Source: Botryllus schlosseri
Lineage: Eukaryota
Length of the DNA: 64,000 nt
Assembly: GCA_051294905.1 (NCBI GenBank)
Contig: CM119372.1
Coordinates: 29,452,001-29,516,000, forward strand
Reading direction: 5' to 3'
In this document: in pieces, positions 12,401-25,406 of the stretch
Numbering within the stretch: position 1 is the first letter of the stretch
Layout: the number at the start of each line of letters is the position of its first letter
Notes under the pieces: model-generated
Database searches by the model: none
Told to the model about the DNA's origin: nothing
What the model saw: the letters and a program-made list of their open reading frames with translations, nothing else
Position numbers and translations under genes: made by a program

Positions 12401-15400
12401 TAGAAAACGAAATAGACCGGTTAAGCGACGCTGTTTCATATCCGTCGAGTGAGTAAAATTTCTTTGGAGTTCGGTTTAGTGAGTTAATTATTAGGGATTC
12501 AATCACATACAAGTATGGTATTTTAGTGACATAGTATTGTGATGGCATTTACTTTAGCGAATGACAACGGAAAAATTTCCGATTTCTTTGTCGGTGTAAG
12601 TGTTACACAAATAATTCTAGTACTACTGACTATAGTACACATTTGGCAAACTTCGTACGAATTGTTTCTTTGTGATGGCAACGACTTTCAGCGGTTTGGT
12701 TTCATGTCGGAAATTATTACTTGAGGGTTCAAGAACAATTTCAATCAATACTACCAATGAACAACAATGCAAAACACGTTTAGCATATTACACTGTAGCA
12801 AACATATTCCAATTTACTTTTGTAATGATCAAAGTCTTGCAACCTCGTGATATTTTACATTTAGCACGTTCTATAGAAAGTGTGAACGGAGTTAGGTATT
12901 AATCGTGTACTTGGGTTAGTGCTTGGATATCAAAGATATATTTTCACACTGTGTAATGTTTCGATTCTCTGTTGTGAATACCCCAGTAACGACATTGATG
13001 TTAAATCCTCACTCTTGGTCATTGTAAGCGAATCCTAAACATCGCAACTGTCGGTATGGATATCGAACGCATGCATACTTTTAGATAGGCGACACTAACA
13101 AGTTTATTACATCCGTGAAATACTCTGAAACGTCGATTCGTGATTGTGTTAGCTATATTCATCTTCCATATCTGTGGACACAAAGATTTCTTAACTATGG
13201 TTACAGCTCATTCGTAACGAATTGTTGCGTACAATCTAATAAAGCGCAAGTCGAAGACGAATGATTTGATTTCAATGAACTTAAAAGTCCTTTTGTTTTG
13301 GTGTTGGGTTTAATACAATTTGTATGACTATAACGAATCAGATTCCAAAAGTGCTATGTTACATTTAACAAAAAGATTGATGACTTGTATTCTGATATTG
13401 ATAGATGTGAAAAGTAATATGACTAGTTTATAAAATCTCAGTAATGTTCTTTGTCATGTCTGTGTTCTACAAATATGTGATCAAATCTTATCATTCGATA
13501 TTAACTTTCGCAGTCGGCGTAAGCGATAATTTGTTGAAGTAACAATATCGACGAGTCCAATAATATTCTCCATCGATGCATTCGAATAATCTGAAAGCTA
13601 CAAGTGGATTAAAAACTTGATGCCGTTTTATGGTTAACTCAAGTCAGTGGTCGTGTTTGTGTTGATTTCAGGAATGATCATGACGTGTTGGCCGGGTAAA
13701 TTAGTTAATGTGGTTGTAACTATGAACGTGAAGAGTTGCTGACATTCCAATATCTTTTACGCTGTAATATACGGATTCACTTGTGATAATTTAATTCTCA
13801 GTTATTATTCAGTCATTCAAATCTCATATACTCAAAATGTAATGGGTTTATGCCAAGTCGTATATGTACCGATTAGTGAATACTTTGTCTTACAGAATAG
13901 TAACGACCTTTACAGTTAAATAAAAATTATCGTCATATGAATACAACCAGGATGAATTAATTCAAGTTTGCAAGTTGTAGTGATATAATCAAGTAAGTCA
14001 AAACTATATTTTTAACACCGGTTAATGTTATGAATAATTATTTTGCGTATGGTAAGATGTTAAAATGTCTCTTTGACAAACGGAAAGCCGGATCGTGAAT
14101 AGAGTTAAAATGTTTCATTACTTGTTTCAAATCAATGTGCGTATAATATCGAAATGCGACTGGGGGAAAGATGGTAGTCATGTTTGTCAATCCTATTTCA
14201 ATTTACACTACACCAAGTCAAAATATTTCGTTTCGGGTTACCTCAATTTACCGATAGAACATCTCGCGAATGGATTCCGACCCGTGCTATAGCTAGATCG
14301 TTATGTCTGATGCATTATCCTGTCAACGACGTAGGGTTTTACAATTATTTCACACCTATCTGAATAAGCGTCAACTTCGCAAAGGATTAGGGTTGGATCG
14401 GAAATAAGTGAGAATTTTTCGGTATTCGAATCACCGTCTGCGACGGTTCTGTTATTCGTTACTTATTAAATTTTACCAGTGAAATCCAGTTCTGTGACAT
14501 ACTGATTATCAAAATATTACATTATGGCGATTAGAATGTATGTAACAACAAGTTGTGAGAGATGTCTATGTCTTAGGTGTTATCTCGTGAGCGATCGTGG
14601 GATTTGTAACTTATTTCACACCTTTTTGAATAAGCGGTCACTTCACAAAGGATTAGGGTTAAAGCAGAAATAAGTGACAATTTGTCACTATTCAAGTTAC
14701 CGATACTGGTGGTTCTGTTATTCGTTACTTATTTAATATTACGAGTGAAATCAAGTTCTGTGACAAACTGCTTACTAAAATTTCACACCTTGAGCCATCG
14801 GCATGCCTGTAACTCCAAGTCACGAAAGATGGCTATGTCCGAGACATTATCTTGTCAGCGATCGCGGGGTTTTGCAAACAATTTCACACCTATTTGAAGT
14901 GTTGGTTTGTGAACGCGGCTATTGTTGGAAGCACCGTCTACGCCGGCTCTGTAGCAAACTAAATACCTGAAAGTACGACTTGCCACCGCAGCCATAAGAC
15001 ACCACACGAGGGATACCTATACCCGAAATTACGACATGCCAACGCAGCCTACACCCGAAAGTACGACGTGCGAGAGATGCCTCCAATCACGTGACTATTT
15101 TCCATACCTGATACATATTCAACACCGTGCGAGAGATGCCTATACCCACAAGTACGACTTGCCAACACGAGTTTTCGAGGCACCGTGTGAGAGATGCCTA
15201 TACCTGAAAGTACGATGTGCCAACACGAGTTTTCGAAGCACCCTGTGAGCGATCCCTATACCGAAAAGGGTTACCGTGTGAGAGAGCCCATGAGACACAA
15301 TGGCACCGTGCGAGCGGAAGGGGGGGTCAAAAGGGTCACCGTGCCAACACGAGTTTCGAGGCACCGTGCGAGAGGGCCCATGAAAACCCCTGCCAGGTCA

Positions 15401-15421
15401 CGACCAATCTACTACACTACT
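9442..15421 (-). repeat. E2 right inverted arm (~5.98 kb)
   Basis: Reverse complement of 1751-7822 with scattered substitutions and a few indels. Confidence 0.97.
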
Positions 15422-15427
15422 GTCGTG

Positions 15428-17673
15428 GTGAATAATGTTGTGGTGCGGTCATGATGTGATGTTGATTATGATGTAGATTGATCACGTGATTGATCCTTAC
15501 TTAATGTGTATATTCTAAATTATTATATATGACCGATTCGAGTTAATCCCAACGTTTACGGTGAGCGCGACTTCGATATATCGTTATTCTTATGGACGCG
15601 GCGATGATTCGTACCTTCGGGTATAGCCCGCGACGGCATGTTAACGTAGCTGATATAGACGCGGCGACATGATAACGTTACAGGTATAGGGATCGCTCAC
15701 ACGGTTATACATGAAGACGTCATAGTTCAGTCGTGACAAACGACCGATATCGCATTCTCTATTCTAACTCCAAGTCTTTTCGCGCTGCCTGTTGATTCCT
15801 ACGTAACCTGAATAGCACGCCGAGATTCAGCCTGGATTATTCGCACCTTCCATACCGCTGTTTCGTACCTACAAAATAGTCTGCTGTTCGCAATCGTGAC
15901 AAGATAATATTATTCAAAGTCTGTAGACATAGCACTGTCTTATATCAATATTATTAAGAATGTTTATCGCTTGGTTGTCGGACTATTCACTCGTTGATTT
16001 GAAACAAACGTTGAAACTTACAACTCTATCATTGGTCTATAATTATTTTAGTTACAACTGAGTTTTCTGAAAATGCTATCATTATCGCACCCCGAAATTT
16101 TACCGTGTTAGAACACACAAGAGCGTCAAGCACAAAAACATTCACAAGTGTTAAAACTAATTTTCACTTACTTGATTATATTATTACAACCTGTAAACTT
16201 TATTAATTCATCCTGGTGAACCCACGAATAGTGTTGCTCGCTTGTAATATTCACATATTGATCTGAATAATAACAACTCATGAGACCCTACAACTTTATT
16301 AACGAACTAGTTATTTTTACGAAACTGGAAATGCAAACTCTATTCGTCTCGACATCTCGACATCTTACAACACTCGAAAGAGTCAATTATGAAAGCACCG
16401 CCAAGTAAATCCGTTGTAACTCACATAGCACAAGAGTATGTATCCGAAAGTAGACAAACGACACTTGGACAACCACCACATCCAACACTCAATATCTGTT
16501 GTATTCTTCATATTTAATTATTCTACTGTAAAAGCGATTGATAGTTTTCACGACACAACAACTACAAATCAATGCTTGCGACTTGAGATTAACATTGAGT
16601 GTATGAGATTTGAATATCCGAAAAATAACCGAGAATTAATTTCCCACAGACGAATCCGTATACTTTAATGTAAGATATCGTGAGGTAAGTAAGTTCTTTA
16701 CGATGACATTGATTCACAATCCGATATTCTCATCATACCCATTCTTGAAATCAACTCTTAACGGTAATACGAACAATCGTGACATCAACTTTCAAACACA
16801 TCGAATTATTCACACATTCCGCGCCGCTGTTTTCGCCCCAATAGAATCAATACCAACTAGCTCTACAAGAATCAAGAATCACAAGTACGCACATTATACA
16901 GCCATTGTATTTATCAAGTTGAAATCAAGCTCTTAACAAAAACACGCATCTAATCACTTACCAACTCTATCATGAAAATCCTCGAATCCTTATTATTAAG
17001 AATGTTATAGTACAGCGTCGGAATCCATTCGCGAGATGTTCTATAGGTAAATTGAGATCACACAAAATGAAATAGTTTGACTTTGGTGTAGTGGGATTTG
17101 AAATAGGATGGACAAACATGACTGCCAACTTTCACCCAGTCACATTTCGAGATTATACGCACCTTGATTTGAAACAAGTAATGAAATATTACAACTATAT
17201 TCGCGATCCGGCTTTACGTCTGTCAAAGATAGTTTCAGAAATACTATCACTATGACATCTCAACATTTTAACATCTTGCCATACGCAAATGAGTAAAATA
17301 CAAAAACCTTGTCAAGTCAATCCGTTTATAACTTACCAGACCAACTCAACAGTACCCGTATGAAAAGTAAACAAGATTGCGCGAGGACATACAACCACTA
17401 CAACCTAAAATCAATAACTAGTTCGGTTGTATTCGTAGTCCGACGATGCGTCTTTTTTATTCAACTTTAAGTCGTTACTATCCTGTAAGATAAAGGAATT
17501 ACTACGCGGTATATTCTGCAAGACAAAGTAATTACTACTCGATATATTTTGTAAGACAAAAGTAATTACTAATCATTGCAGGTGACTCGAGATTAACATA
17601 ATATGTTTGAGTATACGAGATTTGAAAGTCTGATCAACGTAGTTGGGAATTCATTTCTTACAATCGAACGCTG
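15428..17673 (+). repeat. E1 left inverted arm, distal part (continues 1437-1750)
   Basis: Reverse complement of about 21101-23330; mirrored ORF-track entries 16438..16668(+) ~ 22107..22337(-) and 16703..16936(+) ~ 21839..22072(-). Confidence 0.95.
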
Positions 17674-20600
17674 GCATTATATTGAAAGTTATCATGCTGT
17701 AAACAAAAGGATTGACACAGTGATTTGACATATGAGATTTTGTAATAGTTGATCATTACTTGATTATTAAATTATTCGCGTTAATTAGATACGGCGTTGT
17801 GGTAAAGGTTATTATGACAGCAACAAACTTTGCAGTACCATTGTTATTAACATATTGAGTTGTAAAACTATGCGTGTCTGAAATGTTCTTGATTGGAAAC
17901 TTATTCCACCTTGATACAAATCTCTCTGCGTATCGCGAATATCAGAAAATATTTTACAAATGTAATTGTTTCCAGTAACCAAGACTAAAGATGAAACAAC
18001 ATTTTTGTTTGCTGATTAACAACCGGCGCATTACTTCATTGTCGGAATCTGCGACGAAGAACTGAAACACATACCCGCATTACCCCGCTGTCAAGATGTG
18101 TGAATTGACATACCGCCGCTTGATTAATGCTTATTCCGTTCGCACCATTTCTCACACACTCTGATCATTACAAAAACGAATTGGAATATGTTTGCTAGAC
18201 ACCTTCTACTCAGCTATAGGTTTGAATAATACAGAAAACTCAGAGCATTATTAAACTCGAAATATATTCTTCACCGAAATCTACAAAAATGTGGTTGTAT
18301 TGTTGTTCATAGTAGTGATCATAAATTATTATTTGAATCTTCTAAAGTAATTGTAATCATAAAACGAAACCACTGGTGGTTATTACCATAGCAAAAGCTT
18401 ATTGCAGGATGTTTGCTCAATGCATCCTAGTTTGAGAAACTGGAATTATTTGTAGAACGCACACCATCAAAGAAAAACACGCAACCACTAACATGAATCC
18501 TAGTTGAGATTGAGCTCCAAGTCATTTTCTGCGCGTGCACAACTTAAGGGTCGTTTTTCTGGACACAAGACATAAAATCTTTTAGTTGTCAAAATGACAC
18601 ACATATTTGTAAATATCACTTACTTGGTTAAAGCTAATGCATCGACGGTAACAACCGACACGGATCATTATTATTTATTTCATAATCATTTCAACAAAAT
18701 TACACACACTGTACATTGTTGCTTTTTGCGTGACACGAGAATAAATCAGATCGCAACGAACTTAAGGTGTATTTTACTCACTCGTCGCATTATGGATATT
18801 GACCAACATCGTTTCAACGGCGTGCATCGTTTTGCCGAGTACGAAATATGTTAGTGTAGCAGAATTTGTTTTAGCGTAACAGAAAACTATTTTCACTTTC
18901 TTGACTTTTGAAAACAATACACGCGCATTCTGTTTGTGTCAACTATAGTTACTTGTATGATACGACTGATAATCCCCGCGACTCATACAAAAGTATGAAA
19001 GATATTTACATCACACAAAGTACTCGACCTTACTCGATATTTTTGGTACTACGAAACTGAAGAATGATTGCCTACGCTTTCAAAGTAAAGAATGCTTAGT
19101 TAGACTCTACAGACTGTTTTGACGTCGCAAGTGTTTTTGACATGAATGATCCAACGTAGCTTAATATTCACATAGTTCGATACAGTACTAGTACTTACAG
19201 AAATATCAGAGTTGTTTACACAAAAGTTTGTATATGTACAATATGTGAATACCATGCGTAAGTCCTGCACAACCGCGGTATCTATCCGAGTTTAGTCAAC
19301 ACACATTTATTACACCGGGTCACGTAAACTTTCGTAGAAGATAAGCATAGTCACTACTCGGGGGTTCTGGCAATGTCATAGCAATAAACCAGTTACTCCA
19401 ACAATAGAGTACCTATGTTTTCTAGTCACCGTCCCTAAATCTTACACACAGAACAATCAACTTTGCAAACGAAAAGTGCTGAGTCATCACATGATTGCCG
19501 TCACAACAAAACGACTAGTAGATGGAGCCGTATTAAAAATGTTCCTAACCCTTAGAACACCAGTGACAAATCGTACAATGGATATGTTTTGTCGAGTTGT
19601 TGCTCATTGTCAAGTCTTCGTGTTGAACCGTACATTTGAACAGCACAACCACAAGCCAATTGTAACCACGAATCTATTTTCATTTTGGCACAAATTGCCC
19701 CATACAGAAAAATAAATTTTCTTTCCTCCACACATACTTGTAACCAATCCCTTTCATCAAACACACAACTCAATAAACAACAAAACCCCGACTTAGTTGA
19801 ACATGTAGTTGAGAAATATTTTTAATAATCTATATCATAATCATCGACTTCCGTTTACGGTGTTAGTGTGTGAGTCATATCTGGAGACTTGTATCAAAAT
19901 TGATTCGAATTGACTAAATAGAACGAGGGTTGAAATACTTCGAGTCGATTCATAAGTGGTCTTCGTTGGGGTTTTAATCGAAGCATACAGAATGGTCTTA
20001 CTGTAGGCTCTGCTCTCTTGTTCGGCAACTGGGTGGTCGAAATGCATGCATTCACATTTGAACAACGATCTTGTTTCGTCACGCGAAAAATATCTTCACT
20101 GTTGCGATACTCTGATACTCTGCACAAGATGTGTAAATCCTTTTCACACTCATAATACTACACTAACGGGATTCCGACGTCAACGTTTAACAATACCAAT
20201 GACGCTGAACATACGACGCTTACCCCAGTAAAAATACCATTTTCGTTGGGAAATATATTTTTTCCATGAGTAACAAACCATTTTCGTTTGGAAATCTATC
20301 GTTACCTAGAGTAACAAACCATTTTCACTTGTAAATATATTTTTTCCTAGAGTAACAATACCATTTTCACTCGGAAATCTATATTTTCCCTGAGTAACAA
20401 GCCATTTTCGTTTGTAAATCAAACGTTACCTAAAGTAACAAACCATTTTCGTTGGGAAATATATTTTTCCCCCGAGTAATAAACCATTTTCGCTTGTAGA
20501 TGTGATGTTTACCTGAGTAAAAATACCATTTTAGTTTTGAAATCTGACAACCGCACGCATCAATTTGGTATTTGTTGTATTGGCGACAGTTTGAAATTGA

Positions 20601-20750
20601 TTACAACGAACAGTGACGAAAATATACACGACAACCGGTTTCAGAGTATACTCTCGTCGGTAGCATCACATCTATATCATCGGGTAACCACATGAAATAA
20701 CAATATGCTCTTGTATATCGAAATGTATGCTTTGGAAAATAACGAATTTT

Positions 20751-20782
20751 GTGTGTCCCGGTGTGTGTGTGTGTGTGTGTGT
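20751..20782. repeat. (GT)n microsatellite in the E1 spacer
   Basis: GTGTGTCCCGGTGTGTGTGTGTGTGTGTGTGT; absent from the homologous positions in E2 (~7290) and E4 (~41925). Confidence 0.85.
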
Positions 20783-21100
20783 CCGGGTTCGTGCTTTAGT
20801 TTTTCCACAGAGTGAATATGTCTGAATAAAACACCACCTCGACTTTGGTACCTTGTTGGTACATGGATAACGGTGGTCGGAAATCGATGAATTTAGGTTC
20901 CCGTCGCGCTAACAATCCCGGGTTACTTGTGATTTCCCTCACACATGTTTACTATATCGTGTCACTCTTTATTGGTCAATACATATCACACCGTTCAGTT
21001 TGAAATCGGAAACCCGAGAAAGTATTAACCGGATCCGGATATCAACTCGGAATCGAAAAACCAATGAACAATATTCAAACATGTTACACCCCGTGTAACA

Positions 21101-23662
21101 CAGCGTTCGATTGTAAGAATTGAATTCCCAACTACGTTGATCAGACTTTCAAATCTCGTATACTCAAACATATTACGTTAATCTCAAGTCGCCCGCACCG
21201 AGTAGTAATTACTTTTGTCTTACAAAATATATCGAGTAGTAATTACTTTGTCTTGCAGAATATACCGCGTAGTAATTCCTTTATCTTACAGGATAGTAAC
21301 GACTTAAAGTTGAATAAAAACGACGCATCATCGGACTACATATGCAACCGAACTAGTTATGGATTTTAGGTTGCAGTGGTTGTATGTCCTCGCGCAATCT
21401 TGTTTACTTTTCATACGTGTACTGTTGAGTTGGTCCGGTAAGTTACAAACAGATTGACTTGACAAGTTATTTTTTATTTTACTCTTTTGCGTATGGCAAG
21501 ATGTTAAAATGTTGGGATGTCATAGTGATAGTATTTCTGAAACTATCTTCGACAAACGTAAAGCCGGATCGCGAATATAGTTGTAATATTTCATTACTTG
21601 TTTCAAATCAATGTGCGTATAATCTCGAAATGTGAATGGGTGAAAGTTGGCAGTCATGTTTGTCATTCCTATTTCAAATCCCACTACACCAAAGTCAAAC
21701 TATTTCATTTTGGGTGATTTCAATTTACCTAAAGAACATCTCGCGAATGGATTCCGACGCTGTACTATAACATTCTTAATAATAAGGATTCGAGGATTTT
21801 CATGATAGAGTTGGTAAGAGGTAAGATGCGTGTTTTTGTTAAGAGTTTGATTTCAACTTGATAAATACAATGGCTGTATAATGTGCGTACTTGTGATTCT
21901 TGATTCTTGTAGAGCTAGTTGGTATTGATTCTATAGGCGCGAAAACAGCGGCGCGGAATGTGTGAATAATCCGATGTGTTTGAAAGTTGATGTCACGATT
22001 GTTCGTATTTTCGTTAAGACTTGATTTCAAGAATGGGTATGATGAGAATATCGGATTGTGAATCAATGTCATCGTAAAGAACTTACTTAACTCATGATAT
22101 CTTACATTAAAGTATACGGATTCGTCTGTGGGAAATTAATTCTCGGTTATTTTTCGGATATTCAAATCTCGTACACTCAATGTTAATCTCAAGTCGCAAG
22201 CATTGATTTGTAGTTGTTGTGTCGTGAAAACTATCAATCGCTTTTACAGTGAAATAATTAAATATGAAGAATACAACTGATATTGATTGTTGGATTTGGT
22301 GGTTGTCCAAGTGTCGTTTGTCTACTTTCGGATACATACTCTTGTGCTATGTGAGTTACACCGGATTTACTTGGCGGTGTTTTCATAATTGACTCTTTCG
22401 AGTGTTGTAAGATGTCGAGATGTCGAGACGAATAGAGTTTGCATTTCCAGTTTCGTAAAAATAACTAGTTCGTTGATAAAGTTGTAGGGTCTCATGAGTT
22501 GTTATTATTCAGATCAATATGTGAATATTACAAGCGAGCAACACTATTCGTGGGTTCACCAGGATGAATTAATAAAGTTTACAAGTTGCAATAATATAAT
22601 CAAGTAAGTTAAAATTAGGTTTAACACTTGTGAATGTTTTTGTGCTTGACGCTCTTGTGTGTTCTCTAACACGGTAAAATTTCGGGATGCGATAATGATA
22701 GCATTTTCAGAAAACTCAGGTGTAACTAAAATAATTATAGACCAATGATAGAGTTGTAAGTTTCAACGTTTGTTTCAAATCAACGAGTGAATAGTCCGAC
22801 AACCAAGCGATCAACATTCCTAATATTATTGATATAAGACAGTGCTATGTCTACAGACTTTAAATAATATTATCTTGTCACGATTGCGAACAGCAGACTA
22901 TTTTGTAGGCACGAAACAGCGCTATGGAACGTGCGAATAATCCAGGCTGAATCTCGGCGTGCTATTCAGGTTACGTAGGAATCAATAGGCAGCGCGAAAA
23001 GACTTGGAGTTAGAATAGAGAATGCGATATCGGTCGTTTGTCACGACTGAACTATGGCGTCTTCATGTATAACCGCGTGAGCGATCCCTATACCTGTAAC
23101 GTTATCATGTCGCCGCGTCTATATCAGCTACGTTAACATGCCGCCGCGGGCTATACCCGAAAGTACGAATCATCGCCGAGTCCATAAGAATAACGATACC
23201 GTAAACGTTGGGATTAACTCGAATCGGTCATATATAATAATTTGGAATATACACATTAAGTAAGGATGAATCAGTGATCAATATACTTCATAATCAACAT
23301 CACATCATGACCGCACCACAACATTATTCACTACGACACAAGAATCTGTGGGCACATCATTGCCACAGCATATACCTGAAAGGCTACCGTCATCGCTGCA
23401 CAGGTACATCATCACCGCAGCCTATACCTGAAAGTGCGTCTCACCACCTCGAGTTTTCACGGCACATCATCACCACAGCCCATACCTGAAAGGGTGCCAT
23501 CATCACCGCACCCATAAGAACACATGGCACATCACCGCCGAGAGGTGGGGGTCCAAAAGTACGATGTGCCACCACGGGTTTTCAGGCACATCACCGCCGC
23601 GCCCATAAGATCATAAGATCGCGTTAGCCAATGGCCTCATGCCAGCGATCTACTATACTACT
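21101..23662 (-). repeat. E1 right inverted arm (2.56 kb)
   Basis: Reverse complement of 1437-1750 joined to 15428-17673. Confidence 0.95.
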
Positions 23663-24427
23663 CACGTCAAAAATAGAATATACCTTGAGAGGTTGGTCAA
23701 GTTGTGAAAGTATGGAAAAAGTATCAAATAGGGTATGGAAGAATGTTGCTATGGTATGGAAAAGTGTCAAATATGGTATGGAACGATTGGGCGGGTATGG
23801 AGTATGGAAGATTCTCATTCCATACCATGCCCTGTATGATGCTACTCTCTCGTGTCGCCAGACAGCATTGTTGCGTCCCAATGCCAATCTCCATAACAAT
23901 GAAAAATTCGAAGCTGATTGTGGGGGTTCCACAATATATTTTAGTGATCAGTGCAGAGTCAGCTTTCGATTGATACCCATTTTACCAAATTTAATGCTCG
24001 GCAAGCCTGTCAAAAATGACCGTCAAATTGCCTGTAGCCAAATGGAAATTGTGACGTGAATCAATTTCACTGAGCCGTGAGATTTTCTTGTGTCGACACC
24101 ATATAGGACTATGGTGTAACTGATATATATTCTATGTAAGCTGCATATAATGCTTCTGTAGTGGCGTTTTCGCTTCTCTAAAAAACTACTTTTTGGTCCA
24201 TTTTCCCATAAACTCTTAACTCAGAGTGCACTTTTGCCTTCGCGAATTATAGAGAGTGAAACCACAACGCCGTAGACGCGTCGGTATAATGTGGCCTATG
24301 AATATTGAATATGCTCGACATTTGCTTTCTTCAGGGAATATTCAATGAAAGTATGCATAAAGTCTCAACATTTGTTACAAATGTTCTGTCTAAAATAGGA
24401 ATTTTTCAATCTACTTAGAATTGCTTC

Positions 24428-24491
24428 GTGGGCCGGATAAAATCGTCTAGCGGGCCGGATGCGGCCCGCGGGCCGTATATCTGACACCCTG
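24428..24491. mobile_element. Right terminus of a hAT (Charlie/Buster-like) element
   Basis: GGGCCGGAT...GCGGCCCGCGGGCCG...GACACCCCTG is a typical Charlie-type subterminal and terminal sequence; the partner end was not identified. Confidence 0.55.
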
Positions 24492-25143
24492 GCTTACGTT
24501 GTCGCTTGTCGGCCATGTGATTGTGTCGATGTTCGGTATCGGTATCAGCCCGCAACAATCCATATCGATCGACCTCCAGTAACACTACACATATCAAAAG
24601 TTCACATTGATAGCGCAGTTAAATATAGATTGCTAGGCAGAGTGAATTCCATGTCCCAGCTCAATTAATTGCATATCTGTCTGCTGGCACGTAGAGCTTG
24701 TAGATAGGAAGCGCCATGTTCTCTATATATAATGTACGGGATAATAAGTTATGCAGTTCAATTTACTGAATTTCCTAAATTGTTCCTTCGTGGCCAAGAT
24801 CAGAAGGAAGGTTCTGTCAATTGGGGGTATTTTTTTGACCTAAAACTTTCTCCGCTGCGCGTTGATGACTGTCATCATCATCACCGCTTCTGATTCCTAT
24901 CGCCTGGCTGTTACCTGTAATATTTCGCAGGAAACACATTAAGATCGCGTTAGAAACACTTTCGTAAGGCATAAAAACATTCGAGGCAGTCAATGCGCCT
25001 CGCTTTCCAGACACGAACCATCCCGTTTGCAATTTAGGCCAAAAGCGCTGCAACACCTTATGGAATTGCCGGAATTGGTGCAATTTAAAGGTCACAAATT
25101 GTCAATTGTTTTTTGTAGAATCAGAGTATTACTCGTCGTTTGC

Positions 25144-25406
25144 CAGCCTCAATCAGTGAAACATTTTCTGCTAAAATGCCCGAGATACTCAACTATTAGA
25201 CAATATATCATCGAAGCTGCAAGGAACCATGACGTTAACATTGTATTATCAGAAATTCTTTCTAGCCCTTTCACTGCAACGCCTATTATAGAATTTGCAC
25301 TCCTTTCGAATCGAATAATTTAGAAGTCTTGTTTTAATCAAACTTTCCGTCTGGTGTACAAGGCCACAGTAGCCGGGCACCAATAAAAAAACGTACCAAC
25401 CAATCA
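25144..25406 (+). mobile_element. 5'-truncated non-LTR retrotransposon (LINE) 3' end
   Basis: Encodes QSVKHFLLKCPRYSTIR (C-terminal H.LL.CP.Y...R motif of LINE ORF2); AATAAA then an ACCA-type tail; 13-bp TSD ACTCGTCGTTTGC (25131-25143, 25407-25419). Confidence 0.85.

Larger units (their letters stand above)
1751..15421. mobile_element. E2: non-autonomous Polinton/Maverick-derived giant palindrome (13.7 kb) nested in E1's left TIR
   Basis: Starts AGTAGTGTAGTAGATCGGTCGTGACCTGG and ends CCAGGTCACGACCAATCTACTACACTACT; flanked by GTCGTA (1745-1750) and GTCGTG (15422-15427). The uninterrupted target is visible in E1's right arm near 23320-23345. Confidence 0.93.
1437..23662. mobile_element. E1: non-autonomous Polinton/Maverick-derived fold-back element (about 8.5 kb after removing nested E2)
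   Basis: Starts AGTAGTATAGTAGCTCGCTGGCATGAGGCCATTGGCT and ends AGCCAATGGCCTCATGCCAGCGATCTACTATACTACT; perfect 6-bp TSD CACGTC (1431-1436, 23663-23668). Internal sequence is homologous to the left half of pPolB-bearing E4; no long ORFs. Confidence 0.93.

Noticed and set aside
1751..15421. Palindrome as a long-read fold-back assembly artefact
   Set aside because: The arms differ by substitutions and reciprocal indels, a unique spacer exists, and the unit is bounded by a TSD whose empty site is independently visible.
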